Source: a virus (Duplodnaviria > Caudoviricetes). Taken from it: a stretch of DNA of 47,401 bases. The position numbers and the translations under genes are program-made. Every line of letters begins with the position of its first letter. Within the stretch, counting starts at the first letter, position 1. This document shows, piece by piece, positions 1-8,042 of the stretch. The stretch spans positions 1 through 47,401 of the IMG/VR virus record IMGVR_UViG_3300049189_000021; one strand, 5' to 3'. The notes beneath the pieces were generated by a model. That model made no database searches. It was not told the DNA's origin and worked only from the letters and a program-made list of their open reading frames with translations.

Positions 1-250
1 CTGTTTGGTTATGCGAGAAATAGTCAAGCGCTTGTTCCCAGGATCTGTTCTCATCAGTGACGATGACTGCAGCATTCTGTAGCTTCTTAAGCTTAGCCGC
101 ACCAATACCTGTACGTTCATACGGATTAAAGATGAAGAACATAACTTGCTTGAACCCGTGTAGACCTTCGTACTGTCTAAGCAATGCTTCCTTAGCTATC
201 CGACCAGTTGCCTTACCTACACTAAATATCGCACTTGCCACTTCGTTCAT
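1..250 (-). CDS. Probable ATP-dependent DNA ligase, N-terminal part (truncated by window edge)
   Basis: Not in ORF track. ATG at 250 overlaps the sigma-factor stop (ATGA) and the frame is open to the edge. MNEVASAIFSVGKATGRIAKEALLRQYEGLHGFKQVMFFIFNPYERTGIGAAKLKK resembles the N-terminal domain of phage ATP-dependent ligases. Confidence 0.55.
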   Translation of the reverse strand, partial: MNEVASAIFSVGKATGRIAKEALLRQYEGLHGFKQVMFFIFNPYERTGIGAAKLKKLQNAAVIVTDENRSWEQALDYFSHNQT

Positions 251-843
251 TGTAATTCCTCCATTTTTGTTTTAATCATACCGCGGAACTTCTTTATGAT
301 CTGTACAACGTACACTTGAGAACAGCGGTGCTTCTTTGCTAAGTTGTCTTGAGTTTCTGTAAAGTCAGATGCAACCCAGGAACGTATGATATTGATATGA
401 TTTTGGTTGCGCAGCTCTTTGTAACTCAGCATTATAGCTCGTTCAAGCACGGTCATTCTACACTGTAGCTCATGACCGCCGTCTGCCGTTAGATCACTCT
501 CAAGTATGTCCACATAAGCAATGCCTTGATCGTTTGTTGCATGGTATGAAATAGTATCAATATTGCTTTGGGTGTTGAGACTTCTTATATGACTACCGAG
601 TCTATTGTAGATACACACGGTAGCATATGTAGAGAACTTGGTTGTATTCTTTGGATCATATGTTGTGATTGCTTTGTGTAGTACTTCGTAGCCTAAGCTT
701 AGTGCATCGGGGTCGTCGTATAGATAAAAGCGTTTGAGCTGCTCAACCAGCAAACCATAGTTCAAGCGAAGCAGCTCGTTTACAACTTGTTCAGTCTTTG
801 GCTGAGTGAGTAGGTAGTCTACTCGTTCTTTATTGTAGCGCAT
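247..843 (-). CDS. Phage RNA polymerase sigma-70 family factor (SigF/SigG-like)
   Basis: Region 2 motif YDPKNTTKFSTYATVCIYNRL and region 4 HTH TQDNLAKKHRCSQVYVVQIIKKF. Confidence 0.85.
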   Translation of the reverse strand: MRYNKERVDYLLTQPKTEQVVNELLRLNYGLLVEQLKRFYLYDDPDALSLGYEVLHKAITTYDPKNTTKFSTYATVCIYNRLGSHIRSLNTQSNIDTISYHATNDQGIAYVDILESDLTADGGHELQCRMTVLERAIMLSYKELRNQNHINIIRSWVASDFTETQDNLAKKHRCSQVYVVQIIKKFRGMIKTKMEELQ

Positions 844-1162
844 TGGATCTTGCTTTAGCTACAAGGTCTTTGACTTCACCAAGTGTATAGGCAACCCCTG
901 CTATACCACCGGCCGATGTTATCTGACGTGCGAAAAGCTTTTGGTGAGGTGATGATACGCCACCGTCTTTCTTAAGCTCGATACCTACAAACATACCTTG
1001 GACACACACGACGATATCTGACACGCCTTTAGTGTACCGATCAGAAGCCTTCCAATAATACAGATCCTTCTGAATATCAAGCCAATCTTTAACCTTGGCT
1101 GTTAGAGTTGCTTCTAGTGCGTACCTTCGTTGGTCTAATGGTAACTGCTCCGGTTTCTTCAT
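830..1162 (-). CDS. VRR-NUC domain nuclease
   Basis: E..L...V, GVSDI...G.FVGIELK, SPHQK motifs; adjacent to an SNF2 helicase as is typical. Confidence 0.85.
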   Translation of the reverse strand: MKKPEQLPLDQRRYALEATLTAKVKDWLDIQKDLYYWKASDRYTKGVSDIVVCVQGMFVGIELKKDGGVSSPHQKLFARQITSAGGIAGVAYTLGEVKDLVAKARSNALQ

Positions 1163-1277
1163 CGTAATACACCCCCAAGCTGTCGTTCTTACCCAATGAC
1201 CACTTGGAAGAAATGAATCCAGGGATTTGTACTACAACATTCTTAGGGTTGGTTACAGTCACGTCTTTGATATGCAT
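1089..1277 (-). CDS. AbrB/MazE/SpoVT-like DNA-binding protein
   Basis: VQIP....KW.L..ND.L.V.YD...G.VTIRP swapped-hairpin pattern; GGAGG SD upstream. Confidence 0.6.
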   Translation of the reverse strand: MHIKDVTVTNPKNVVVQIPGFISSKWSLGKNDSLGVYYDEETGAVTIRPTKVRTRSNSNSQG

Positions 1278-1278
1278 A

Positions 1279-3027
1279 TTACAAACCTCCTTTCAAGTGG
1301 TCAAGAATAGCCATTGACATATCACCTTTGTTTTCAACAGTAGTGTAGATGGCTCTGTCTACAGTACCCGTTGCAATCATAATGTAATAGATGCAACGCT
1401 TTGGCTGTTTAATAATGGATCCGTAAATCCGTTCTTTCGATTGCTTCCACAGCTCGTACGAATAGTTCATACTGAAGTAGATACAGATATGAGAGTTGGT
1501 TAGAGTGAGCCCCTTGTCTGCGGATGCAGGATTAGCCACAAGATATTGCAGTCGTCCTTCTTTGAAGGCCCGAATGCTATTATTCTTATCCTGGATATTT
1601 GTAGCACCATAGATAAGAGCGCACGACGCTCCCAACCGCTGTTGTATAACTTCGAACTCTTTACGATAGTTGGCCCAGATAATAATCTGTTCACCCGGAT
1701 GCTTGGCGAGCAATTCCTCGAGAGCATCAAAGCGATACTCAGAGAGTAAATGATCTTCTTGTTTAAATGGTTCAAATGCCAACTCACCTCCATGCTTAGA
1801 ATGCTCTCTGACCATTTTGTTGAATTTCATTGCGGCCGTATCGATAGCGAATCCAGAGGACACTTGATTAAGCTTGTTCAGTGTCGCTGCTGCGCTGGGA
1901 GACGTGATGGATATATTCTCACCAATCTCGAGGAACATCTCATTGCGTAACTGATCGTAGTTCTCTCTGAGACTCGGTGGTAGTTTGAGCGGCACCTCTA
2001 TGAAATCGCGTCCCGGCGTATCAAGCACGTCTTCTTTATCTACATACAATGAGTACTGCTGTAGTAGGGCCAGCAACTCAGCGTAGCGGTCTGACTTTAC
2101 TCTTAGCTTTTCGTACTGTGGGTTTCTCGATGTGTTGTCGAAGAAGTACAGTTTGAATTGGTTAAAGGACTCATGGACACCGTAGAAATCAATGGACTGC
2201 AACTGGCGATAATATTCCCATTCTCCGTTCGGTGCAGGTGAACCTGATAGTAAGTACCATCGTTTAAGTGTCCATGCATAGTCAACAGCCTCCTTACCGA
2301 ATTTTGAACTATTACTTTTCATCGTCGAGCTTTCATCTACAATGCATCCATGGATACCAAGCTTCTCAACTTCATCCCTGTAGCTTGCAAAGGATTCGAT
2401 GTTCAGCACATACACGTTGGCTTTCTGTTTGAATAGTGCCAAGCGTTTATCTTTAAGACTAGCATGTAAGCTGATGATCTTCAACTCAGGGAACATGTCT
2501 TTTGCATCGGGCAACCAAGCATTCTCGATAAGAATCAGCGGGCATAAGACAAGCCACTTGTGATCCGGGTTAGCTTTGACGTCATCCAACATAATCTGTA
2601 GACTCATCGGTGTTTTGCCGGTACGAGTGTCGTAAAAGAATCCATACTTGTCATTGACCTGTGCTAACTCTCTTCCAAGCTGCTGGTGCCGCCACAGGAA
2701 CTCATGTTCACCGTCGGGTCCCATTTCTACAAGAGTCTTCTGGGCGATGCGGCGCTGTATCTCTTTGTCCAAGATAACAGATACGCTTTTAGGAAGTGTA
2801 TGCCATCTATCTGGCCCGATGTTCCTGAATAACAACAGAACCAAGTCTATATTACGGCTCGTTGTCTTGAACACCGTATTAGATCTGTTTCTATGTACGT
2901 AGGGTATTTGGCCAGCTAGAAGCTGTGATTCCGTGTCGCCTTTGGTGCACGATATTTCGATGTGGTTATTGAAGAACTTAATTTTGTTAGTCACCGACAA
3001 CAGTCCCAGTAAGCTGTACGTTTTCAT
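1279..3027 (-). CDS. SNF2-family helicase/ATPase
   Basis: DTRTGKT (motif I), LVLCP, IVDES (II), LSGSP (III), KGLTL (V), QSKERI (VI). Confidence 0.9.
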   Translation of the reverse strand: MKTYSLLGLLSVTNKIKFFNNHIEISCTKGDTESQLLAGQIPYVHRNRSNTVFKTTSRNIDLVLLLFRNIGPDRWHTLPKSVSVILDKEIQRRIAQKTLVEMGPDGEHEFLWRHQQLGRELAQVNDKYGFFYDTRTGKTPMSLQIMLDDVKANPDHKWLVLCPLILIENAWLPDAKDMFPELKIISLHASLKDKRLALFKQKANVYVLNIESFASYRDEVEKLGIHGCIVDESSTMKSNSSKFGKEAVDYAWTLKRWYLLSGSPAPNGEWEYYRQLQSIDFYGVHESFNQFKLYFFDNTSRNPQYEKLRVKSDRYAELLALLQQYSLYVDKEDVLDTPGRDFIEVPLKLPPSLRENYDQLRNEMFLEIGENISITSPSAAATLNKLNQVSSGFAIDTAAMKFNKMVREHSKHGGELAFEPFKQEDHLLSEYRFDALEELLAKHPGEQIIIWANYRKEFEVIQQRLGASCALIYGATNIQDKNNSIRAFKEGRLQYLVANPASADKGLTLTNSHICIYFSMNYSYELWKQSKERIYGSIIKQPKRCIYYIMIATGTVDRAIYTTVENKGDMSMAILDHLKGGL

Positions 3028-3292
3028 CTACACTGACTTTGTAGATAGGGACACCTAGCATATTAAGCACTTGCTTCTCACGGTACCAAACCATCTGACC
3101 TACAGTAGCATGTGCAAGGCCGGAGCGCCGGGTCGTTGTAAGTCTGCCAAGCTCGCGTATTTGTTCTACAGCTAGCTCGTGTCTCTCAACTAGTTGCGTC
3201 AAGGTGATGTCGAATCCCTTTGGTGGCTGGGGCGCCATGTTGCTCTTGTCGTTCTTGCGGTTCATCATAACGATGTGTCCAAACTTTGCCAT
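2987..3292 (-). CDS. Hypothetical protein
   Basis: ORF with GAGGA SD before ATG at 3292; co-directional with the operon. Confidence 0.6.
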   Translation of the reverse strand: MAKFGHIVMMNRKNDKSNMAPQPPKGFDITLTQLVERHELAVEQIRELGRLTTTRRSGLAHATVGQMVWYREKQVLNMLGVPIYKVSVDENVQLTGTVVGD

Positions 3293-3307
3293 GATCCTCA
3301 TCCTCGC

Positions 3308-3334
3308 TTTTAAATGATTTTAAATGATTTTAAA
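3308..3334. repeat. 10-bp tandem repeat (TTTTAAATGA x2.7)
   Basis: Seen directly, just upstream of the 3292 start. Confidence 0.7.
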
Positions 3335-3414
3335 ACTGTCTTCAAAAGAAAAGGCTACCATCGCAGCCAGATCTTTGAAGGTTAGGGCTCTCAACTTCCG
3401 TAACCCTTGGAGAC

Positions 3415-3545
3415 TCTCGTCCCCTGTATAATACCCATTTGTGGTCTACAGTGTTCTCGGTTGATGTGGGAACCGCACTGATGGGTGTGATCGTTATCGC
3501 TTTCAAGGCTACGACGATCAAATGGGTATTCTACAGGAGACGAGA
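3415..3545 (-). ncRNA. Candidate structured RNA: 27-bp closing stem with two internal hairpins
   Basis: Arms 3415-3441 and 3519-3545 are complementary at 25/27 positions; one difference is a U.G wobble on the minus strand. Internal stems GAUCGU/ACGAUC and CAGUG-CGGUU/AACCG-CACUG. Confidence 0.55.
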
Positions 3546-3607
3546 TACCATGTGAGCGGTACCTCGTTCTTGTGGGTCTGCTTAACTCGGTGAAAGATCA
3601 GCAGGGT

Positions 3608-4042
3608 TTAGATTTCAGCAGCGACGTCTTCGGAAACCTCAGCAGAAGCAACAGCTTCGTCAGTGGATTCTACAGGAGCAGCCGGTTGCAATTCATTGAT
3701 ACGTGCAACAACCGCATCAAGACGAGCTTTGTTACGAGCAACCGTCTCAGCAGGAGCGCCGCGTTTTTCTGCTTTGTAATGCACGGAACCAGCGTTGATT
3801 TTCTCACGCTTCAGTTGCTCAAGTGTCATATCTTCAAGCGCAAGGCCTGTCAATTGACCACGACGTTTGCCACCGTTTGCAGTAACAGCTGCGATAGCTT
3901 TAAGCGTTTCAGCAACCTCAACAGCGGATACGATTGCATCTTCACCCAAAGCTTCAAGCGCAACAACGTAATCTGCAACAGTTTTAAACGGAACTGTTTG
4001 CTCCTCAGTAGTACCTTCAGTTACAACGTTTTGTTCAGTCAT
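3608..4042 (-). CDS. Hypothetical acidic protein with helical repeat shared with ORFs 33520 and 38457
   Basis: AGAGG SD; own sigmaA-type promoter; segment EDMTLEQLKREKINAGSVHYKA. Confidence 0.75.
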   Translation of the reverse strand: MTEQNVVTEGTTEEQTVPFKTVADYVVALEALGEDAIVSAVEVAETLKAIAAVTANGGKRRGQLTGLALEDMTLEQLKREKINAGSVHYKAEKRGAPAETVARNKARLDAVVARINELQPAAPVESTDEAVASAEVSEDVAAEI

Positions 4043-4098
4043 GTTAAACATCCTCTTTTCAATTTGTATTTTTCGGGTGTGTCACCCTTACAAAATTA

Positions 4099-4137
4099 AT
4101 TATATCATATATGGGGGGAGAAGTATATACATTTTTT
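4099..4137 (-). promoter_or_regulatory. SigmaA-type early promoter
   Basis: TATACT-N17-TATAAT with extended -10 TG (ATATGATATAAT). Confidence 0.65.
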
Positions 4138-4197
4138 CACGGGATTCTACAGGTTGTGTTCTCAGCTGATCTTGTATGATATAGGAAGTGTAATGAG

Positions 4198-4392
4198 TGC
4201 ATCTTTCCTATTATCTTATAATCTCATTTTATCTCACCAACCTAGCATCTCACCATCTTTACGTCACGGATCAAAAAATGTATATATAAAAATAATTTTT
4301 TAGTTTTTAAAAATCAAAACGAAAAAAACTTAAAAAGGGGCAAAGATGGTAAGATACCAAGACAGTGAGATAATTATTAAATAAATTAGATA
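4198..4392. repeat. AT-rich element with inverted ATCT(T/C) iteron arrays (ori-like)
   Basis: ATCT repeats on the left (e.g. ATCTCACCATCTTT) mirrored by AGAT repeats on the right (AAAGATGGTAAGAT) around an A/T tract; similar to 40305-40790. Confidence 0.5.
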
Positions 4393-4472
4393 ATTAAATA
4401 ATAATGAAAGTAGAATAGTAATGAAAGGCTTTTTGGATATCTTTATTTATTGCTCTATATATATCTTTATTT

Positions 4473-4943
4473 TTATGCTATAAACAGGTCCATCAGACTG
4501 TAGTATATTTCAGAGGACATCTGGCGGGCCTTGCTTCTACGAAAGTCTATTAAGCACTGTAGACTATAGCCGGTAAAGCACTTGTAGGTAATGTGGCCGA
4601 TGGGATCAAGCGAATCATCCAGGAATGCACCAGGCACTATCGGCTCCATGTATCTTCCCCAATATGGAGGTTGCTCACGTAGGTCATCAGAGACACAAGC
4701 ATCTACAACAATTATGATGGCATCTTTCCGAAGCGATTCAATACTCTTATGGTAGTTCTTACGAACGACTGGAATCTCACGACAACCGATTACACGTGGT
4801 TCATTTTTGAATGGGTGTGTTTTGCGTTTAAGAAGCTCACCTACAAGAGGCCCGATAGAGTCACCCGGTATTGCTGGGTTGCCGAGACAAAGTATGTCAA
4901 CAGCAACACCATACCGTATAGCATCAATGATATCTTGCTTCAT
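4473..4943 (-). CDS. yyaC: YyaC-like spore protease (GPR/HybD-like fold)
   Basis: ILCLGNPAIPGDSIGPLVGELL, IIVVDAC, PG and IGHI match the YyaC pattern CIG.DR.TGD.LGPLVG...IIA.DAC...PG...VG. Confidence 0.75.
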   Translation of the reverse strand: MKQDIIDAIRYGVAVDILCLGNPAIPGDSIGPLVGELLKRKTHPFKNEPRVIGCREIPVVRKNYHKSIESLRKDAIIIVVDACVSDDLREQPPYWGRYMEPIVPGAFLDDSLDPIGHITYKCFTGYSLQCLIDFRRSKARQMSSEIYYSLMDLFIA

Positions 4944-5182
4944 ACTTGTCTAGGCTCGTCTATCGAATAGTACTTCATATCCAATAAGTTCTGCAACAAT
5001 GCGTTACACTTCACGTACTCATCTACAAGAAGCTTAACAGCATAACGATCATCTTTCTGAGCATCCTGTAGATTAAAGATAGAGTGCCTATGTCCTTGCA
5101 ATGAATTGATTGCTGCAACCAAGCTGTTAAGCTTTTCCTTTAATTCGTCGTGCGTCGCTATTAAATTTCTGAGAGTCTTCAT
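4940..5182 (-). CDS. Hypothetical protein
   Basis: Translationally coupled to both neighbours. Confidence 0.65.
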   Translation of the reverse strand: MKTLRNLIATHDELKEKLNSLVAAINSLQGHRHSIFNLQDAQKDDRYAVKLLVDEYVKCNALLQNLLDMKYYSIDEPRQV

Positions 5183-5757
5183 TATACTTGCTCCTCTTCA
5201 TACCAGATTACAGCGGCTGGCTTCATGCCATGCTTCATCGCTGTGCTATACTTGTAACGAAACACATCAATGCGGTTACCATCAATTGCACCACCAGTAT
5301 CCTCAGCAACACCGCGCTCTATAGTTCCATCTGTATACATGATGATTACAGTTGAACCATACGGTATTACCTTTGGATCTACAGCGAATGTCCCAGGACC
5401 TGGCACAGTACCGGTTGCCGTTGTGTTTGGGTCACCATCATGGTTGAGCCCGCTCACGTCATCATACGGTGTGTACGCCGAAATAATGAAGTCGTCTGTT
5501 TTAAAGTCTTTGGGGAAGGTGATGTCACCCGCCTCAATTGTAGTTATTTCATCAATGCGATCGTACGAAGTTTTTAATGCTTGCACCGAAGTTTTGAGTA
5601 AATCTATATTGCTTCTCAGCTGTATAGATTGTTTCTTCGCCTCGGCGAGTTGTTCTTGGAGTCTTGCTGTCTTCTTAGCCTCATCTACGAATAAGTTTGT
5701 CGTTAAGGCAGTGGCTAGTATCGTAATGCTGATTGCTATGAACTTTGCTTTTTTCAT
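5182..5757 (-). CDS. Membrane-anchored/secreted 3D-domain cell wall protein
   Basis: N-terminal hydrophobic segment, coiled coil, then SAYT, TATG, AVDPKVIPYGS, AEDTGGAIDGNRIDVF; start set at the ATG after GAGGAGG. Confidence 0.88.
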   Translation of the reverse strand: MKKAKFIAISITILATALTTNLFVDEAKKTARLQEQLAEAKKQSIQLRSNIDLLKTSVQALKTSYDRIDEITTIEAGDITFPKDFKTDDFIISAYTPYDDVSGLNHDGDPNTTATGTVPGPGTFAVDPKVIPYGSTVIIMYTDGTIERGVAEDTGGAIDGNRIDVFRYKYSTAMKHGMKPAAVIWYEEEQV

Positions 5758-5779
5758 GTTTCTCCTCCTCACATTTATT

Positions 5780-5818
5780 ATTATATCCTATTTCTTTGCG
5801 GCAGTACACAGGAAATTT
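5780..5818 (-). promoter_or_regulatory. SigmaA-type early promoter
   Basis: AAATTTCCTG-TGTACT-N17-TATAAT, same family as the early-island promoters. Confidence 0.7.
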
Positions 5819-5910
5819 TTACACTGTGCTCTACCACTTACGCATATATATTATAATAGGAAGTTTCGGAATATAACTTGGATTTGTGGGGGTTAAAATT
5901 ATTAAAATTT

Positions 5911-6018
5911 ACTCGCAACACGTCGAGGTTTAAATGTACGCGCCCGTGACACTATAATAAGGTATTTATAAACCTTTATTATCACGAACCCGCATTTAAG
6001 GTTTTTACGAGCCCGTGA
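5911..6018 (+). repeat. Copy A of ~109-bp imperfect inverted repeat (partner 32712-32820)
   Basis: About 83/109 identical to the reverse complement of 32712-32820 by hand alignment. Confidence 0.85.
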
Positions 6019-6034
6019 TATCACGTATTTAATC

Positions 6035-6072
6035 AAAAAGAACAAAACCCCTAACCAATTAAGGTCAGGGGC
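6035..6072 (-). terminator. Intrinsic terminator of the late/lysis operon
   Basis: CCCCTGACC-TTAATT-GGTTAGGGG followed by TTTTGTTCTTTTT on the minus strand. Confidence 0.8.
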
Positions 6073-6077
6073 ACATG

Positions 6078-6590
6078 TTACAGTACTCTGTTAACGCTCA
6101 CAGGGCTACCAACTGCTTTGATATTAATGCCTGTAGCCGGTGTGTTTGTATGGATCATGTTACCATCACCCATGTAAATTCCGATATGATCTACAGTACC
6201 ATCACCACTGTAGTCAAATGAAACTAAGTCACCTTTTCTCCAGAGCGCTTTGTTCTTTGGATCGATCTGAGTACCGACCTTTGCTTGATCTTTACTTACC
6301 CGTGGTAACGTAACGCCTACCTGCTTATAGATGGCTTGTACGAAACCAGAGCAATCCATTCCTTTAATCGTTTCACCGCCGAACACATAAGGGATTTTCA
6401 AGGCATCAAATGCTTTAGCAATTGCTATAACGATGTCAGCCTTTACTTCCCATGGTTCAGGCCTTTTCTTTAGATCCGTTATTTGAGCTAACAAAGATTT
6501 CTCAATAGCTTTACCTTTGTCAACCTCTGTCTCAAGACCTTCAACGTAGTTCGATAGCTGCCATATAGGAGTATCAATTCGTAGTGTCAT
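6078..6590 (-). CDS. NlpC/P60 (C40) peptidoglycan endopeptidase
   Basis: PYVFGG, DCSGFV, LPRVS..Q, GDLV, HIGIY, MIH. Confidence 0.92.
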   Translation of the reverse strand: MTLRIDTPIWQLSNYVEGLETEVDKGKAIEKSLLAQITDLKKRPEPWEVKADIVIAIAKAFDALKIPYVFGGETIKGMDCSGFVQAIYKQVGVTLPRVSKDQAKVGTQIDPKNKALWRKGDLVSFDYSGDGTVDHIGIYMGDGNMIHTNTPATGINIKAVGSPVSVNRVL

Positions 6591-6611
6591 AGGTGTACCT
6601 CCAGGTTTAAT

Positions 6612-7349
6612 TTATTTAGTCAGTGTTGCAGTCTTGGTGTCGTTGTCCCAATCAAGCGAAGCATTCAACAAACTAGCAAGCTTACGTATTGGAATGTATG
6701 TTAGTCCGCTGATGACTTTGCCATCTACAGGCTTGCTATTGACGTACGCTTTATGCTGTACGCTATCCCATCTTACTGTAGCACCTAGTGCTTCACCGAC
6801 ACTACGCAGTGGTCCATACGACTGACCATCGATTAGCAAGCCTTTAAATTTCTTATTGTTTACTACAACGTTGACAGTTTTCAACTGCTTAGCATAGTAA
6901 TCATTAAGGTATTTAGTAGGCTCTACCACGCATGCATCATCAGCTTTCCAGCCGAAATGAGGTACTGTGGAGTTGCGAATTTCATAGTGTAGGTGATTTC
7001 CAGTGCTCGCTCCGGTGCTGCCTTGCCGCCCGATCATTTGACCAGCTTCGACAATTTGCCCGAACTTAACTACAATGGCACTCAAATGCGCATAGACGTG
7101 GGTGTGATCATACTTGTCCTGGATAGCAATTACGTTACCCATCTGTACAGGGATGCCGATACCCGGTTTGGCTGGGGCGGCATAAACAACCAGCCCTTCG
7201 ACGAATGCCTTAATTGCGCCGTCACCTGGGGTAACTACAAGGTCTATCCCACGATGAAATGTCTTTAGGCCAGTGATAGGATGAGTGCGGTAACCAAGCG
7301 GACTTGTAAGCATGTAAGCCGAGTCGTAACTCCAAGGCATCTTACTCAT
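6612..7349 (-). CDS. Endolysin: M23 peptidase + copper-amine-oxidase-N-like binding domain
   Basis: HRGID, YAHL, STGNHLHYE; C-terminal repeats Y.P.R.+...LGA.V.WD. Confidence 0.9.
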   Translation of the reverse strand: MSKMPWSYDSAYMLTSPLGYRTHPITGLKTFHRGIDLVVTPGDGAIKAFVEGLVVYAAPAKPGIGIPVQMGNVIAIQDKYDHTHVYAHLSAIVVKFGQIVEAGQMIGRQGSTGASTGNHLHYEIRNSTVPHFGWKADDACVVEPTKYLNDYYAKQLKTVNVVVNNKKFKGLLIDGQSYGPLRSVGEALGATVRWDSVQHKAYVNSKPVDGKVISGLTYIPIRKLASLLNASLDWDNDTKTATLTK

Positions 7350-7614
7350 CTTTCTTCAGTCCTTTCAACGTTTGTTTAAAGAAGTCATAGCCATAAGAAG
7401 CTACAGCCGCACATAAGATACCCTGTAGCAGCGCCCCTGGGCCGAAGCCTGTAAGCCATACCGAGAAGACGATAGCAGTAACAAGTAACAGATACACAAT
7501 TGACCAGTCAGGTACTTTAGGGGTCTGCTTTAAGATACCTCCGATAAGCCAGCACGCTACAACTACAATGATCAATTCAGAATCGATTAACGAGATAATT
7601 TCTGTCCATTCCAT
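7342..7614 (-). CDS. Holin
   Basis: 90 aa, three hydrophobic segments, basic C-terminus, directly upstream of the endolysin. Confidence 0.85.
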   Translation of the reverse strand: MEWTEIISLIDSELIIVVVACWLIGGILKQTPKVPDWSIVYLLLVTAIVFSVWLTGFGPGALLQGILCAAVASYGYDFFKQTLKGLKKDE

Positions 7615-7964
7615 TATTGAATACCTCCCTTATTTAGTGTTTCAACGAATTTCCAAACCAGCGCCAATGCGCCTACTGCGAATCCCCAAAGCCATTTCTT
7701 ATCCTCTTTGTTAACTTTCTTATCATTTGCCACAGAAGTTTCTAGATTATCGATCTGTCCTTTTAGCTCATCGATTTTCTTGAAGGCAGATACGAGATCT
7801 CTTTCTAACCGAATGACGATTTTTTCAGTTAGATCAAGCTTCTGTGCTATACCAGAAACTTGCCGCATTTCAGTCTCGATCTTAGCCACCGCTATGAGTA
7901 TATCAGTAATACCCTTGGACAGTTCTTTGATCTCGGTCAACATCAACACCTCCGGCCCATTCAT
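7614..7964 (-). CDS. Coiled-coil protein with C-terminal TM helix (XhlA/holin-associated)
   Basis: Coiled coil plus KWLWGFAVGALALVW; in the lysis cassette; start may be 7943 (GGAGG SD). Confidence 0.65.
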   Translation of the reverse strand: MNGPEVLMLTEIKELSKGITDILIAVAKIETEMRQVSGIAQKLDLTEKIVIRLERDLVSAFKKIDELKGQIDNLETSVANDKKVNKEDKKWLWGFAVGALALVWKFVETLNKGGIQ

Positions 7965-8042
7965 TTGATCAAGCTTACCATACTCTCTAAGTTAGTATTC
8001 GTAATCATGCGTGTCACCCCCTTTCCGAGGTTGGCATAAATA

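Noticed and set aside
3415-3545. MITE or retron msr-msd
   Set aside because: No target-site duplication, and no transposase or reverse transcriptase in the window.
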